Positions 39,397 to 50,117 of a DNA stretch of 64,000 nt are shown one piece after another. Source of the stretch: an uncultured cyanobacterium (GTDB taxonomy: Bacteria; Cyanobacteriota; Cyanobacteriia; Cyanobacteriales; CAWCAG01); contig CAWDOD010000011.1 of NCBI GenBank assembly GCA_963803805.1, forward strand, positions 640,001 through 704,000, read 5' to 3'. Numbering within the stretch: the first letter of the stretch is position 1; each line of letters starts with the position of its first letter. The translations under genes and the position numbers were made by a program. The notes beneath the pieces are model-generated. The model was not told where the DNA came from. It saw nothing but the letters and a program-made list of their open reading frames with translations, and ran no database searches.

Positions 39397-39831
39397 TTAG
39401 TAGTTTTTTTCTTTTTCATCTATAGAATTTAACAATAACATGGCTTCATTAGTAGCTTGGACTACAGTTTGTTCCATGTTCATTTTTTCCGTAGTATCTT
39501 CAAAAAAGACAATTAGTTCTTGACTCTTTTCATTGTACTTATCACGAAAAATGTAAATATCGAAATATAGAGGGTTTCCGTCAGCGAGAATCCTAGCAAT
39601 GCCTTTACACTCAAAATTATCACCCTCACCATTCAAGAGGTCTTTAATAGCATCTTCTGCACCCACCAACTCAGGAAATCCTTGACGGGCATCGTTACCT
39701 AATGCAACTTGGGCAGGTTTATCAGCAAATGCCTCAACTCCAGAAGAAAGGGTAGTTAGCTTAAACTCTCCATCTATAGTCAAGTATTCTATGTTAGGCA
39801 AAGATATTAGTTGATTGAAAAGAGAATTCAT
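39397..39831 (-). CDS. Small stand-alone PAS-like domain protein
   Basis: FPELVG...LIVFFEDTTE followed by a coiled helix, like the N-terminal PAS-like modules of cyanobacterial sensors. Confidence 0.6.
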   Translation of the reverse strand: MNSLFNQLISLPNIEYLTIDGEFKLTTLSSGVEAFADKPAQVALGNDARQGFPELVGAEDAIKDLLNGEGDNFECKGIARILADGNPLYFDIYIFRDKYNEKSQELIVFFEDTTEKMNMEQTVVQATNEAMLLLNSIDEKEKNY

Positions 39832-40117
39832 GACATCTAATTGAGTTGATAAGCCAATTTACTGTATTAAAATTTACAACCTGGCAATTGCCTTACGAAT
39901 CAGAGCGCCCAAATATATTTTTCCCAACTAGGGAGAATTGCCAACCATAAAAAAACAAGAAATTCTTACGACTCATAGTCTAACCTATCTTTTGACTCGA
40001 CTTGCTTAAAGTCTACACTAACAGGTAATCTAAGCTGTCATAACTCAGTTTATTAAATTTTGATTTTTAAAGACTCAATAGTTAAAAACCAAGAGAAAAA
40101 GAGGTTAATAAATAATA

Positions 40118-40966
40118 GTGTCCTTAACTGAAAAGAAGCTAGAAGTAGACTCCCTGTTATGGTTTTATCGAGAGATACAACCGAAAAATCAAAGCAACAA
40201 AACCACTACAATTTTTCTCCATGGTATTCCTTCTCAAAGTTTTACCTGGTGTGAAACCATGGTGAATTTAGCTGAAAAAGGATTACCTGGAATCGCACCA
40301 GATTGGATTGGTTCAGGTTTTTCTGCCCAGCCAGATGTAAGGGATTTTCCTTATACCCGTGATGCTTTTGTCAGGGCTTTAGGCAATCTTATTAAAGCTT
40401 GGAAAATTGAGCAATTTAACTTAGTTATCGAAGGCTTTTTATTGGGGTCTATGGGCTTGTTATACGCTTTGAATAACCCAGAACAAATTGAGCGTCTAGT
40501 TATTATTAATACTCCCCTAACTACCACTGCAAAGTTACCTTGGAAGATGAAACAATGGGGACTTCCTTTTGTCGGTGATATGCTTACTCAAGATCCTCTT
40601 TTGGTAGATCGTACTTTAGAAAGTGGCAGTGGCTATGTAATTGGTGACAAGAACCTGGATGTTTATCGCCGTCCCTTTCTCAAGAGTTCCGATGCTGGCA
40701 GGGCTTTAGTCGCAACAGTAAGAAACTTACAAAAGCAAGATTATTTGCCAGAAATTGAATTCGGTTTACGTAATTGGACTAAACCAGCTTTAATAATTTG
40801 GGGAACTGAAGATCCTTGGCTAGATACGGCTGAGGCAGAAAAAGTTGCTAATCTTAATTCTCAGATTGAATTAGTCAAAATAAAAGAAGCTAAACATTAT
40901 CCCCAAGAGCATTTTTCCTCAGAAGTTAGCGAAGTCATGAGCAATTTTCTCCGTCGTCAAATTTAA
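40118..40966 (+). CDS. Alpha/beta-fold hydrolase (haloalkane dehalogenase-like)
   Basis: FLHGIP, APDWIGSGFS, WGTEDPW, HYPQE. Confidence 0.88.
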   Translation: MSLTEKKLEVDSLLWFYREIQPKNQSNKTTTIFLHGIPSQSFTWCETMVNLAEKGLPGIAPDWIGSGFSAQPDVRDFPYTRDAFVRALGNLIKAWKIEQFNLVIEGFLLGSMGLLYALNNPEQIERLVIINTPLTTTAKLPWKMKQWGLPFVGDMLTQDPLLVDRTLESGSGYVIGDKNLDVYRRPFLKSSDAGRALVATVRNLQKQDYLPEIEFGLRNWTKPALIIWGTEDPWLDTAEAEKVANLNSQIELVKIKEAKHYPQEHFSSEVSEVMSNFLRRQI

Positions 40967-41037
40967 TGCTAATTATTGCCAGTTACTAGTTGCTAATAGT
41001 TTTCTTCCGATTTCCGATTCCCTATTCCTTGTTCTAA

Positions 41038-41787
41038 ATGTTTTTGGCAACAACACAAGTTGAACCGCGTCTGTTTTGGTTTTCAGCCCTCTTTGCCCTT
41101 AGTTTAGCCCTAGTTCATATTTATGCAGGCAAACTAAAGTTTTTAGGTGGTGTTCCTCGTAGTTACTGGCTTTCTATGGCTAGTGGTGTGTCAGTAGCCT
41201 ATGTTTTCGTACACCTACTACCTGACTTAGGTGAAAAACAAATAACCATCAACCAAACAGGTATTTTGGGTTTTATTGAACACCACGTTTATTTATTAGC
41301 CCTTCTTGGTTTAAGTATTTTTTATGGTTTAGAAAGTTTGGTTACAAAGTCTCAAAAAGAGCAAAATAATCTTGCCAAAGCAAAGATTTTCTGGCTTCAT
41401 ATTGGTTCTTTTGCTCTTTACAATGCTCTAATTGGCTACTTACTACTCCATCGTGAAACCCCTGGCTTACTAAGCTTAATCTCATTTTTTGTCGCCATGG
41501 CTCTACATTTTCTGGTTAACGATTATGGCTTGCGAGAAGACCATCAACAAAATTATCACAAAATTGGTCGCTGGATTTTAGCAGCAGCAATTATCATAGG
41601 GTGGGTAATTGGGGCAGGAACAGAAATTTCTGAGGCAGCGATCGCAGTTTTGTTTGCTTTCTTAGCAGGGGGCATTATCCTTAATATTTTGAAAGAAGAG
41701 TTACCCGAAGAGCGTAAGAGCCGTTTTTGGGCCTTTACTGTCGGTGTAGCTGCCTATACAGTAATTTTACTTCTTCTTGATGTCTAA
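41038..41787 (+). CDS. ZIP-like multi-pass membrane protein
   Basis: About eight TM helices; GVSVAYVFVHLLP, ALHF, FLAGGIILNILKEELP. Confidence 0.65.
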   Translation: MFLATTQVEPRLFWFSALFALSLALVHIYAGKLKFLGGVPRSYWLSMASGVSVAYVFVHLLPDLGEKQITINQTGILGFIEHHVYLLALLGLSIFYGLESLVTKSQKEQNNLAKAKIFWLHIGSFALYNALIGYLLLHRETPGLLSLISFFVAMALHFLVNDYGLREDHQQNYHKIGRWILAAAIIIGWVIGAGTEISEAAIAVLFAFLAGGIILNILKEELPEERKSRFWAFTVGVAAYTVILLLLDV

Positions 41788-41941
41788 AGTATTGGAACAA
41801 TTGAGGGTAAAAGGGGTCTTTTAGTAGAAGTGGGAGTGTCTCAACATTATTCAGAATTAGAAAGTTAGCCCAAAGAAAAAGTCTTAGCCCCTATTGCCTG
41901 TTGCCTCAAGATCAATAATTTTATGAAGAGGCGAATTTAGT

Positions 41942-43312
41942 ATGACGTGTGAGGAGAAAAGATTGATGCTTTATAGTGCAGTACGCCCCTTGTTAGTGTT
42001 GTTAGGAGCTAGTTCTGCTAATTTTTTGTTCGCTAATGTAAGTTGGGGGCAATCTTCTGTTACAGAAGAAGTAATCACCGCAATTTTAGAAGCCCCGGAT
42101 CTCCAAGAATCAACCCAACCCCATTACGGTACATTTGTCGATGAGGCGGGACACCCTTTAGAAACGAAAATAGAATTTACCCAAAGGGGTGTTGACGGAA
42201 TCGAAAAGGATAAATCGGTTTCTTTTTATTTTGGACCAAAACAGCCTATACCCACTGTCTTACAAGGGCCTACCCGTCCCCATGTTGTTGAAGCAGCTAA
42301 TAATGTTGAAGGGGGTTTTAATGTTGTTGTTGGTTCCCAAGTAAAGCTTAGTGAAAATCAGTCTGTTCAAGCAGAAATACGGGGTGGTAGTGCAGTATTA
42401 GGTGCTGATGTTAGTTATACCCAAACCTTTGATTCTCCCCAAGAAGGTGTTAGTGCTAATATTTTCAACCAACGTTCCTTTTCTCCTAGTTTTGAAGAAG
42501 GAGAACAAGATGTTAATTTACCCAATGGAGATACTCCTTGGATACATCGTTTAGGAGGCGGTGTAGAATATTTCGCCCCGGTTAGCGAAGAAATTGATGG
42601 GGCAGTGGGCATAAACTACCAGCGAGTTTCAGCTAGGGATGGGGTATTTAGTTCCGATCTTCAACCTGTGGATGAGTTTGGCAACCAGCTTACGGTTAGT
42701 AATAATGGGCAAGAAGATTTACTAACCCTCAACTTAGCTAGCGAATACGATACCCGTAACCGTGAGACGGATACCACAGAAGGTACAAGGATTAGGTTAG
42801 GGTTGGATCAGGCTGTTCCTATCGGCGATGCTAGTATTGATTTTACTCGTCTCAAAGCTAACTATACCCAATATATTCCTGTCTCTCTTTTTGGTTTTCA
42901 AGAAGGGCCACGCACTTTAGTTATTAACCTTCAAGGAGGGCATATGTTTGGGGATGTACCTGCCTACGAAGCCTTCAACCCCACAGCCGCAGGTTTTAAC
43001 GGGGGAGAAATTGCTACTAGTCGCAGTTTTATTCAAGGTAGTGCAGAATATCGTTTCCCAGTCTTTTCTTTCATGGCTTTTGATGAAGATATTGATGTGG
43101 GGGGAATGTTTTTTGTTGACTATGCTGACAGTTTAGGAACTCAAGGAGATGTCATTGGTAAGCCTGGTATCGTTCGTAGTAAACCTGGACAAGGTTTAGG
43201 CTATGGTTTAGGATTTCGGGCTAATTCCCCATTTGGCATCATTCGCATCGAATTTGGTTTAAATGATGATGGTGGTGGCAGGGTTAATGTTGGTATTGGG
43301 GAAAGATTTTAA
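41942..43312 (+). CDS. Omp85/BamA-type beta-barrel protein without POTRA domains
   Basis: Signal peptide; beta-strand pattern, AEYRFP, GYGLGFR, SPFGIIRIEFG, C-terminal GERF. Start may be 41966. Confidence 0.8.
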   Translation: MTCEEKRLMLYSAVRPLLVLLGASSANFLFANVSWGQSSVTEEVITAILEAPDLQESTQPHYGTFVDEAGHPLETKIEFTQRGVDGIEKDKSVSFYFGPKQPIPTVLQGPTRPHVVEAANNVEGGFNVVVGSQVKLSENQSVQAEIRGGSAVLGADVSYTQTFDSPQEGVSANIFNQRSFSPSFEEGEQDVNLPNGDTPWIHRLGGGVEYFAPVSEEIDGAVGINYQRVSARDGVFSSDLQPVDEFGNQLTVSNNGQEDLLTLNLASEYDTRNRETDTTEGTRIRLGLDQAVPIGDASIDFTRLKANYTQYIPVSLFGFQEGPRTLVINLQGGHMFGDVPAYEAFNPTAAGFNGGEIATSRSFIQGSAEYRFPVFSFMAFDEDIDVGGMFFVDYADSLGTQGDVIGKPGIVRSKPGQGLGYGLGFRANSPFGIIRIEFGLNDDGGGRVNVGIGERF

Positions 43313-43385
43313 TTTTGCTAATGGCTAGTTGCTAATGGCTAGTTGCTAGTTGCTGACAGGGAATATTACTTATTACTTTTCCTCG

Positions 43386-44168
43386 TCAACTATAGCCAAG
43401 GCTGATTGTACCAGGCGATCGCAAAACTTCTACTGCTGCACCAGGAGAGTTGAGGCGTATTCTTAAGTCTCCTTGGGCTGTGACTCCAACCACTACCCCA
43501 GGAAAACCATCTACCACAACCCTGCGTCCTTTACTGCTAAGGATTTGTAAATAGGATGGCAGTATCCTTTCTATACCTATAGCTAAATATTGTTGGTATC
43601 CCCAGATAATGCCGTGGGCTACCACAGCCGCCAAACTCTCTAAGGAAGTAATTTGCGATCGCGGTTGTAGATTAATACCTGTTTCTGGTACAGAATTTTT
43701 CCAGTTAATGCCTACGCCAATTACTACTTGGCTAATGTACCCATTTTGAATGCGAGTTTCGCTGAGAATTCCCCCTAGTTTTTTCTGGTTCAAAAGCAAA
43801 TCATTAGGCCATTTTAGGTTAACAGGGACATCTTTGGTGCGCAAAGTTTGAGCAATGCCCCAAGCTGTACAAAGAGTTAATTGATTACTATTAGTCGCTA
43901 ATAACTGTGTAGATAAAGCTAAAGATAAGTACAAACCTCCCCAAGAAGACTGCCACTGCCTGCCCCACTGACCTTTTCCCGCAGTTTGTTGTCCGGCTAT
44001 AACTACTCTGGGGGCAAGTTTTCCTTCATCTAAGAGTTGCCAAAGTTTTTGGTTGGTAGAAGGGAGAGAGGGAAAATAATCTAAGGGTAAATCAAAAGCT
44101 TCTTCACCCCATAACTTTTGTCGCTTTTGGTGAAAAGTTTGCTTATTAAATTGCACCACGGTTGCCAA
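43386..44168 (-). CDS. birA: Biotin-[acetyl-CoA-carboxylase] ligase
   Basis: STN, QTAGKGQWGRQW, KWPND, KLGGIL. Confidence 0.92.
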   Translation of the reverse strand: MATVVQFNKQTFHQKRQKLWGEEAFDLPLDYFPSLPSTNQKLWQLLDEGKLAPRVVIAGQQTAGKGQWGRQWQSSWGGLYLSLALSTQLLATNSNQLTLCTAWGIAQTLRTKDVPVNLKWPNDLLLNQKKLGGILSETRIQNGYISQVVIGVGINWKNSVPETGINLQPRSQITSLESLAAVVAHGIIWGYQQYLAIGIERILPSYLQILSSKGRRVVVDGFPGVVVGVTAQGDLRIRLNSPGAAVEVLRSPGTISLGYS

Positions 44169-44275
44169 TGATCAGTTATCAATTATCAATTACAAACTAG
44201 AGTTTAAATTGGGTTGCCTGTCTGTTATGGATGTCACGCTATCATTAAGAGCAAATGATCAATGTTTAATGATAA

Positions 44276-45070
44276 ATGGTAAATGACAAAGCTTCTGGTT
44301 GGCAATGGCAGACCTGGCAAGGGCTACCTTATTTAACCTGTGACTTGCTAGAACAATGGCAGCACGGCTTTTTTACTCAGCAGTTTTGCCCTCAGCTTCC
44401 GGAAGAAATAGTTGCTGTTTTTAATCCTCAATACCAAGCTTATCGAGTTAAACAAGTTCATGGTTCGCGAGTGATCACACCATGGGAAATTGAGGCAGCA
44501 CAAAAAGAAGGTTTTGAACTCGCAGAAAACGGTTATCCTCCTGCTGATGCCATTTTCACAGATCAACCCCAACAAGCCGTTTTCGTTGCCAGTGCTGATT
44601 GTACTCCAGTTTTGATTGGTGATCTTAAAAGCAAAAAAGTGGCAGCAATTCATGCTGGTTGGCGGGGGACAGCAAAAAGAATTGTTCCTGAAGCGATCGC
44701 CCGTTTTGTGGTTTCTGGTAGTAAGCTTGAAGATTTACGAATTGCGATGGGGCCAGCTATTGCTGGGCAAGTTTATCAAGTTTCTGAGAAAGTGGCCACA
44801 GAAGTAGGGGCAAGCGTAATTGATTCTCAAGAAACAATTATTACTACTCTCCAACAGTTACCTAATTCTCCCCTATTGCCTGATACTCATCCTGGTAGAG
44901 TTAAACTTGATGTACGACGTATCAATGCCCTGCAACTTGAAGGTTTAGGTATTAATCCAGAACAAGTTGCGATCGCCCCTCATTGTACCTATCAGCAGCC
45001 AGAATATTTTTTCTCTTACCGTCGTAGTAAAGAGAAGAAGGTTCAATGGTCTGGCATTGTGAGTAATTAA
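44276..45070 (+). CDS. pgeF: YfiH/PgeF laccase-domain protein
   Basis: KQVHG, ADCTPVL, HAGWRG, FFSYRR. Confidence 0.92.
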   Translation: MVNDKASGWQWQTWQGLPYLTCDLLEQWQHGFFTQQFCPQLPEEIVAVFNPQYQAYRVKQVHGSRVITPWEIEAAQKEGFELAENGYPPADAIFTDQPQQAVFVASADCTPVLIGDLKSKKVAAIHAGWRGTAKRIVPEAIARFVVSGSKLEDLRIAMGPAIAGQVYQVSEKVATEVGASVIDSQETIITTLQQLPNSPLLPDTHPGRVKLDVRRINALQLEGLGINPEQVAIAPHCTYQQPEYFFSYRRSKEKKVQWSGIVSN

Positions 45071-45121
45071 ATTGACAATGGATAAACTACTAGTGAACTT
45101 TACTTCTACAAGTTATTTTTC

Positions 45122-45523
45122 TCAAACTTCTTGGGAAAAGTTACCAGAAGAATGGGTTTTAGAGTCAAGGCTTAAAGGCCCAGCCCCGGCGTAAATAGTC
45201 ATCAACAAGCCGCCAATCAGTGCTAAGTTTTTGAGAAAATTGTTTAGTTCCCCTTCAACACCAGGATTATGAAAAACCAGAGTTGCAGGAATGAGGAAAA
45301 CAATTAATAAAATTGCCCCAATACGAACTTTATAACCCAATACTAAGGATAATCCCCCTAGTAACTGAAAGATAATGGTAAATACCAACAATAATCCAGC
45401 TAAAGGTAAACCTTTACTAGCCATCATTTGTTGAGTGTCTGCGAAACCAAGAATTTTGCCAATTCCAGAGTTTAAGAAAATTATCGCTAAGAAAATACGT
45501 CCGGCTAAAGGAATATAGTTCAT
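45122..45523 (-). CDS. DoxX family membrane protein
   Basis: GRIFLA...SGIGKI, FLKNLALIGGLL, GAGPLSLD. Confidence 0.9.
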   Translation of the reverse strand: MNYIPLAGRIFLAIIFLNSGIGKILGFADTQQMMASKGLPLAGLLLVFTIIFQLLGGLSLVLGYKVRIGAILLIVFLIPATLVFHNPGVEGELNNFLKNLALIGGLLMTIYAGAGPLSLDSKTHSSGNFSQEV

Positions 45524-45811
45524 TTTTTCAAGTTATTTAATGATTACTTCAAGACAACAGCATAGCCTTAGATTTAAAGTTTTAGAGGAAATTGCCGTCT
45601 TTGACTAGGAACCATGAATGCTATGCTGTTTGAGCTGAGGTTAGTAAGAAAAGAACAGACAAATTAGATTTTGCACAATCACCTACCGAATTTTTAACTT
45701 ATTTATCTACTACTTAACAATTGAGATCCTCCTTTAGAAGGAATCTATTATGTAACCTCAGTAATAAAAATATGGTGGTGTAATCTAGAAACTTTCGACC
45801 TAACGAGTATA

Positions 45812-46771
45812 ATGTCAGTTAACAAAGTGCAACCGAAATTAATTATTCATGGTGGAGCAGGAAGCTCCTTAAAAGATCAAAAAGGGATTCAAGCTATACG
45901 TGAAGTGCTTCACGGCATAGTTAAACAAATTTATACAGCTCTATCAAATAATATTAGCGCGACTGAGGCAGTAATTTTAGGTTGTCAGTTATTAGAAGAT
46001 AATTCTCGTTTTAATGCTGGAACAGGTTCTGTTTTGCAATCTGATGGGCAAATTCGCATGAGTGCAGCTTTAATGGAAGGGTCTACCCAGCGTTTTAGTG
46101 GCGTAATTAACGTCTCTCGCGTACAACATCCTATTGATTTAGCCTCTGCTTTGCAAAGAGAAACTGACCGCATTCTCTCTGATTTTGGTGCAGCAGAACT
46201 ATCACGAGAACTAAATTTACCCTTATATGATCCCTTAACGGATCTACGCTTGCAAGAATGGATGCAAGAAAGGCGAAATAATTTCCAAAGGGCCATGGCT
46301 GGAGTAGTGGCAGAAACTGAATTAGCCTCCCCTAGCGAAGCAAGACGGGGAACTATTGGTGTTGTTGCCCTTGATTGTTTAGGCAACTTGGCAGTGGGTA
46401 CTTCCACAGGGGGTAAAGGATTAGAACGTATTGGTAGAGTAAGCGACTCCGCTATGCCAGCAGGGAACTATGCTACAAGTAAAGCTGCGGTTAGTTGTAC
46501 TGGAATTGGTGAAGACATTATTGATGAATGTTTAGCAGCGAAGGTGGTAATTAGAGTCAGCGATGGTATGTCTTTAGAAAAGGCGATGGAACGTTCTTTT
46601 ACAGAATGCCAAGAGAATCAAAGAGATTTGGGGGCGATATCCATAGAAGCTGACGGCACAATATCTTGGGGTAAAACTAGTGAGGTTTTGCTAGCTGCTT
46701 ACCATAACGGTGAAGATATTGGTGATACTTTGGAATGGGATGGTAATGGTGGCTTAGTTGGTACTGTTTAA
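45812..46771 (+). CDS. Isoaspartyl peptidase/L-asparaginase (Ntn hydrolase)
   Basis: IIHGGAG, FNAGTGS, GTIGVVA, STGG, GRVSDS, TGIGE. Confidence 0.92.
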   Translation: MSVNKVQPKLIIHGGAGSSLKDQKGIQAIREVLHGIVKQIYTALSNNISATEAVILGCQLLEDNSRFNAGTGSVLQSDGQIRMSAALMEGSTQRFSGVINVSRVQHPIDLASALQRETDRILSDFGAAELSRELNLPLYDPLTDLRLQEWMQERRNNFQRAMAGVVAETELASPSEARRGTIGVVALDCLGNLAVGTSTGGKGLERIGRVSDSAMPAGNYATSKAAVSCTGIGEDIIDECLAAKVVIRVSDGMSLEKAMERSFTECQENQRDLGAISIEADGTISWGKTSEVLLAAYHNGEDIGDTLEWDGNGGLVGTV

Positions 46772-46828
46772 GTGAACAAAAATGCGATTAATGACGTTAA
46801 AGTAATAAAAACCTAAAATCCTCAACTC

Positions 46829-47671
46829 ATGAAGGACCGACTTTTTAGAACAGTTGTTTTATTTATTGTTCTCACTGTTTTATTCGCCATTCTAGAGCGT
46901 TTTTGGCCAAGTATTCCCAATCAGCGTAAATGGAGACAGGGCTTTGGTGTAGATACCTTATATTGGTTCGTCACCCCCCTGATTAGCCAAATTTTAAGTA
47001 TGGCTTCCATTGCCCTAATTTTAGTACCATTTTATCTTGTACTAGGACGCTCCCTCGCTTGGGAAGATGTACTTGTAGGCTATGGTTCCTTTGCGGAAAT
47101 GCCCCTTTGGGGTCAAGGTTTAATCGCCATTGTTGTGGGAGATTTTATTGGTTACTGGACTCACCGTTGGCATCATACTAGTCAACTTTGGGATTACCAC
47201 GCAGTTCACCATAGTTCTAAAACCCTAGATTGGCTTTCGGCTGTACGTTTGCATCCTGTTAATGATGTGATTTCGCGAGTGATGCAGGCTTCTCCCCTTT
47301 TGCTTTTAGGAATGTCGCCTTTAGCTGTAGAACTTTATGTTCCTTTCCTCTCCGCCTATGTGGCCTTAATTCATGCTAACGTTTCTTGGACTTATGGCCC
47401 TTTTCGCTATGTCCTTGCTAGTCCAGCTTATCATCGCTGGCATCATACTAACGACAAGGGAGCAAGAGGGAAAAACTTTGCGGGACTCTTCCCTATTTAT
47501 GATCTGATTTTTGGCACTTTCTATATGCCTCAAGGTAAACAACCAAGCAATTTTGGTATTTCTGGCGAGGCAATGACAGAGAATTTCTTTGATCAATTGC
47601 TGTATCCTTTCCGCAGGTGGAAGTTACTTAGAAAGTTGAGGAGAAGGCAGAAGGCGAAAGCTAGTAGGTAG
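46829..47671 (+). CDS. Sterol desaturase/fatty-acid hydroxylase family protein
   Basis: His boxes HRWHH, HAVHH, HAN, HRWHH. Confidence 0.9.
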   Translation: MKDRLFRTVVLFIVLTVLFAILERFWPSIPNQRKWRQGFGVDTLYWFVTPLISQILSMASIALILVPFYLVLGRSLAWEDVLVGYGSFAEMPLWGQGLIAIVVGDFIGYWTHRWHHTSQLWDYHAVHHSSKTLDWLSAVRLHPVNDVISRVMQASPLLLLGMSPLAVELYVPFLSAYVALIHANVSWTYGPFRYVLASPAYHRWHHTNDKGARGKNFAGLFPIYDLIFGTFYMPQGKQPSNFGISGEAMTENFFDQLLYPFRRWKLLRKLRRRQKAKASR

Positions 47672-47711
47672 GATTATTTTTTCTCCCAAGCCTCCTTAGC
47701 CCCCCAATGCC

Positions 47712-48362
47712 CTAACGCCTTTGTTGCAGCTTACGATAAACCTCTTTAATATCAACGTTATGGTGGGCTAGGGCAACCAGGGTATGATAAAAAAGGTCTG
47801 CTACCTCACTAGCAATCTCTTCTGGTTGGTCATCCTTACAAGCCATGACAACTTCAGCAGATTCTTCCCCTATTTTTTTGAGAATCTTATTATCCCCACC
47901 TTGCAATAACTTGCGGGTATAGGAACCTTCTGTTGGATTATCCCGGCGATCGCAAATTACTTCATACACTTGAGATAAAGTATCAGCCGGAGGTGCTGCT
48001 TTGGTATCTTGGAGCTGGTGAAAGCAGCTACGTTCTCCTTTATGACAAGCAATATCCCCAATTTGCTCTACGGTAACGAGCAAAGCATCGCTATCACAAT
48101 CATACCTGAGTGATCGCACTTTTTGGAGGTGGCCAGAAGTTGCTCCTTTGTGCCATAACTCCTGACGAGAACGACTCCAGAACCAAGTTTCTCCAGTATC
48201 TAAGGTTTTTTGCAGAGATTCTTTATTCATCCAAGCCATCATTAATACCGCACCATCTAAATAGTCTTGCACAATAGCAGGTACTAAACCCTGGTGGTTA
48301 TAACGAATTTTCTCGACGGGAATAGCTTGTTGCCAAGAGTTGGTTTTTGTAGTAGACACCAT
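47712..48362 (-). CDS. hisIE: Bifunctional phosphoribosyl-AMP cyclohydrolase/phosphoribosyl-ATP pyrophosphatase
   Basis: [29 protein letters not shown]. Confidence 0.96.
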   Translation of the reverse strand: MVSTTKTNSWQQAIPVEKIRYNHQGLVPAIVQDYLDGAVLMMAWMNKESLQKTLDTGETWFWSRSRQELWHKGATSGHLQKVRSLRYDCDSDALLVTVEQIGDIACHKGERSCFHQLQDTKAAPPADTLSQVYEVICDRRDNPTEGSYTRKLLQGGDNKILKKIGEESAEVVMACKDDQPEEIASEVADLFYHTLVALAHHNVDIKEVYRKLQQRR

Positions 48363-48439
48363 AATATTTTTAGTTATAGGAAATTATTATTTATTATTTG
48401 TAGATTAATTTATGGAATTGTTATTTTTGAGGTTTAAAT

Positions 48440-49177
48440 ATGGAAAAGTGGTACAAAAAAGACCTCGCTTATATTCATGATGTTGGTTTTGGGGATTGGG
48501 TTCTTAAATCCGTCCCTAGTATCTTAGAAATTCTCCATCACCAGAAAATTCTAACAGGTTTAGTAGTAGATTTAGGTTGCGGTAGTGGATTGTTAGCACA
48601 GGAATTAGTTAGGGCTGACTATGAAGTTTTGGGTGTTGATATTTCTTCTGCAATAGTTGAAATTGCCCGGCAGAAAGTACCGGAAGTACAATTTCAAGTA
48701 GAATCTCTGTTTAAAGTAGAAATTCCCCCTTGTGAGGCTGTTACTGCCATTGGTGAATGCTTCAATTACCTTTTTGATGCCGACAACAATTTAACCACAC
48801 TAGTTCAACTTTTTACTCGTATCTATAAAGCTTTAACTCCTGGCGGTGTATTGATTTTTGATATTGCTGAACCAGGACAAGTTGCACCAGGAACTAAGAC
48901 TAAATGGTTTACCGAAGGAGAAAATTGGTTAGTTTTAGTAGAAAAGGAAGAAGATACTCAAAAGAATATCTTAACTCGCTACATTAGTTGTTTTTGTAAA
49001 GAAGGAGAATTATATAGGCGAGATAATGAAGTGCATTTCTTGCAATTGTATAAAGCAAAGGAATTAATTGAAGAACTTCATAAGATTGGTTTCAAAGTTG
49101 AAGTTAAGGATAGTTATGGCTTTTTTAAGTTACCCAAAGCTCATCAAGTTCTCATTGCTTATAAACCAAAACCCTAA
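48440..49177 (+). CDS. Class I SAM-dependent methyltransferase
   Basis: VVDLGCGSG, GVDIS, LTPGGVLIFD. Confidence 0.9.
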   Translation: MEKWYKKDLAYIHDVGFGDWVLKSVPSILEILHHQKILTGLVVDLGCGSGLLAQELVRADYEVLGVDISSAIVEIARQKVPEVQFQVESLFKVEIPPCEAVTAIGECFNYLFDADNNLTTLVQLFTRIYKALTPGGVLIFDIAEPGQVAPGTKTKWFTEGENWLVLVEKEEDTQKNILTRYISCFCKEGELYRRDNEVHFLQLYKAKELIEELHKIGFKVEVKDSYGFFKLPKAHQVLIAYKPKP

Positions 49178-49250
49178 CTAACATGACTCTGAATAATAAG
49201 AACCTTTTTTAAGTAAAGAGAGGTTATAGCCCTGAAACTGTAAGAACATT

Positions 49251-50117
49251 TTACAAATCATCTTCAGAAATCATCGTCGCAAAACCAACAAAAGGTTGGT
49301 CTGCGATCGCACCATTTTCTACTTCTCGTAAAATACTTTGCCAATCCTCTCTAGCTGAGGAGTTAGGGTTCGCCTCTAATAATTTTGCCAAACTATTCAA
49401 AGCTGAATACCAAACACCTTCCTCTGCAAAAGAAACAGGTTGTTTAGATAATGGCTGTTGTTTAATTCCAGTAACTTCTGGGCTTTCGTCTAATCTAATT
49501 AGTCCAGAAAAATGGGGATTTCTGGCTAGATCGGTATCTGCTGGATTACAAAAAACCATGATTTGCCAGACATAATTCTTACCTGGTTCTAATTTAGCAG
49601 CCTGTTCACTTTCCGGAATCTTAACTCCAACTATACCTGGTTTTTCGGGTAACTCAAAATAACCGAAAAACACCTCTTCAGTTTCTCTTTTACCTTTCTC
49701 ATCAACAGCCACAATTTCTTTTAATAACAAACTTGCTTTCATCTTAGGATTATTGGCATCCTGAGACTGACTAGGTACATTAAAAAATACCGTTGTCATT
49801 GGTTCTACTGTGACAGGGATATCTTCATCTTTAGCAACTTGACCTTGTGCTTCTGGATCTGGTGGTAGTAGAGAGGTTACTTTTGCATCAGGAGCAAGAC
49901 AACCACCACGTCTGGCCCCTGGTCTTCTTCTGCCCCCAACTCTGTAGCGACTTCTACGGCGAAATGTTAATCTTGCTAATAATAAATCTGATGGCTGGTC
50001 TAACCTGGTAGTGGATAGACTAGATGGTGAATATGCTAATGTCGGTAAACTGCTGCCCATCGTCAAAAAGACAGCTAAAAGTAAAGTGAGTTTGTGTATG
50101 TGCAAAAAAGACTTCAT
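49251..50117 (-). CDS. DUF928 domain secreted protein
   Basis: Signal peptide, GARRGGC, LEPGKNYVW, GVWYSAL, DWQSIL. Confidence 0.8.
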   Translation of the reverse strand: MKSFLHIHKLTLLLAVFLTMGSSLPTLAYSPSSLSTTRLDQPSDLLLARLTFRRRSRYRVGGRRRPGARRGGCLAPDAKVTSLLPPDPEAQGQVAKDEDIPVTVEPMTTVFFNVPSQSQDANNPKMKASLLLKEIVAVDEKGKRETEEVFFGYFELPEKPGIVGVKIPESEQAAKLEPGKNYVWQIMVFCNPADTDLARNPHFSGLIRLDESPEVTGIKQQPLSKQPVSFAEEGVWYSALNSLAKLLEANPNSSAREDWQSILREVENGAIADQPFVGFATMISEDDL

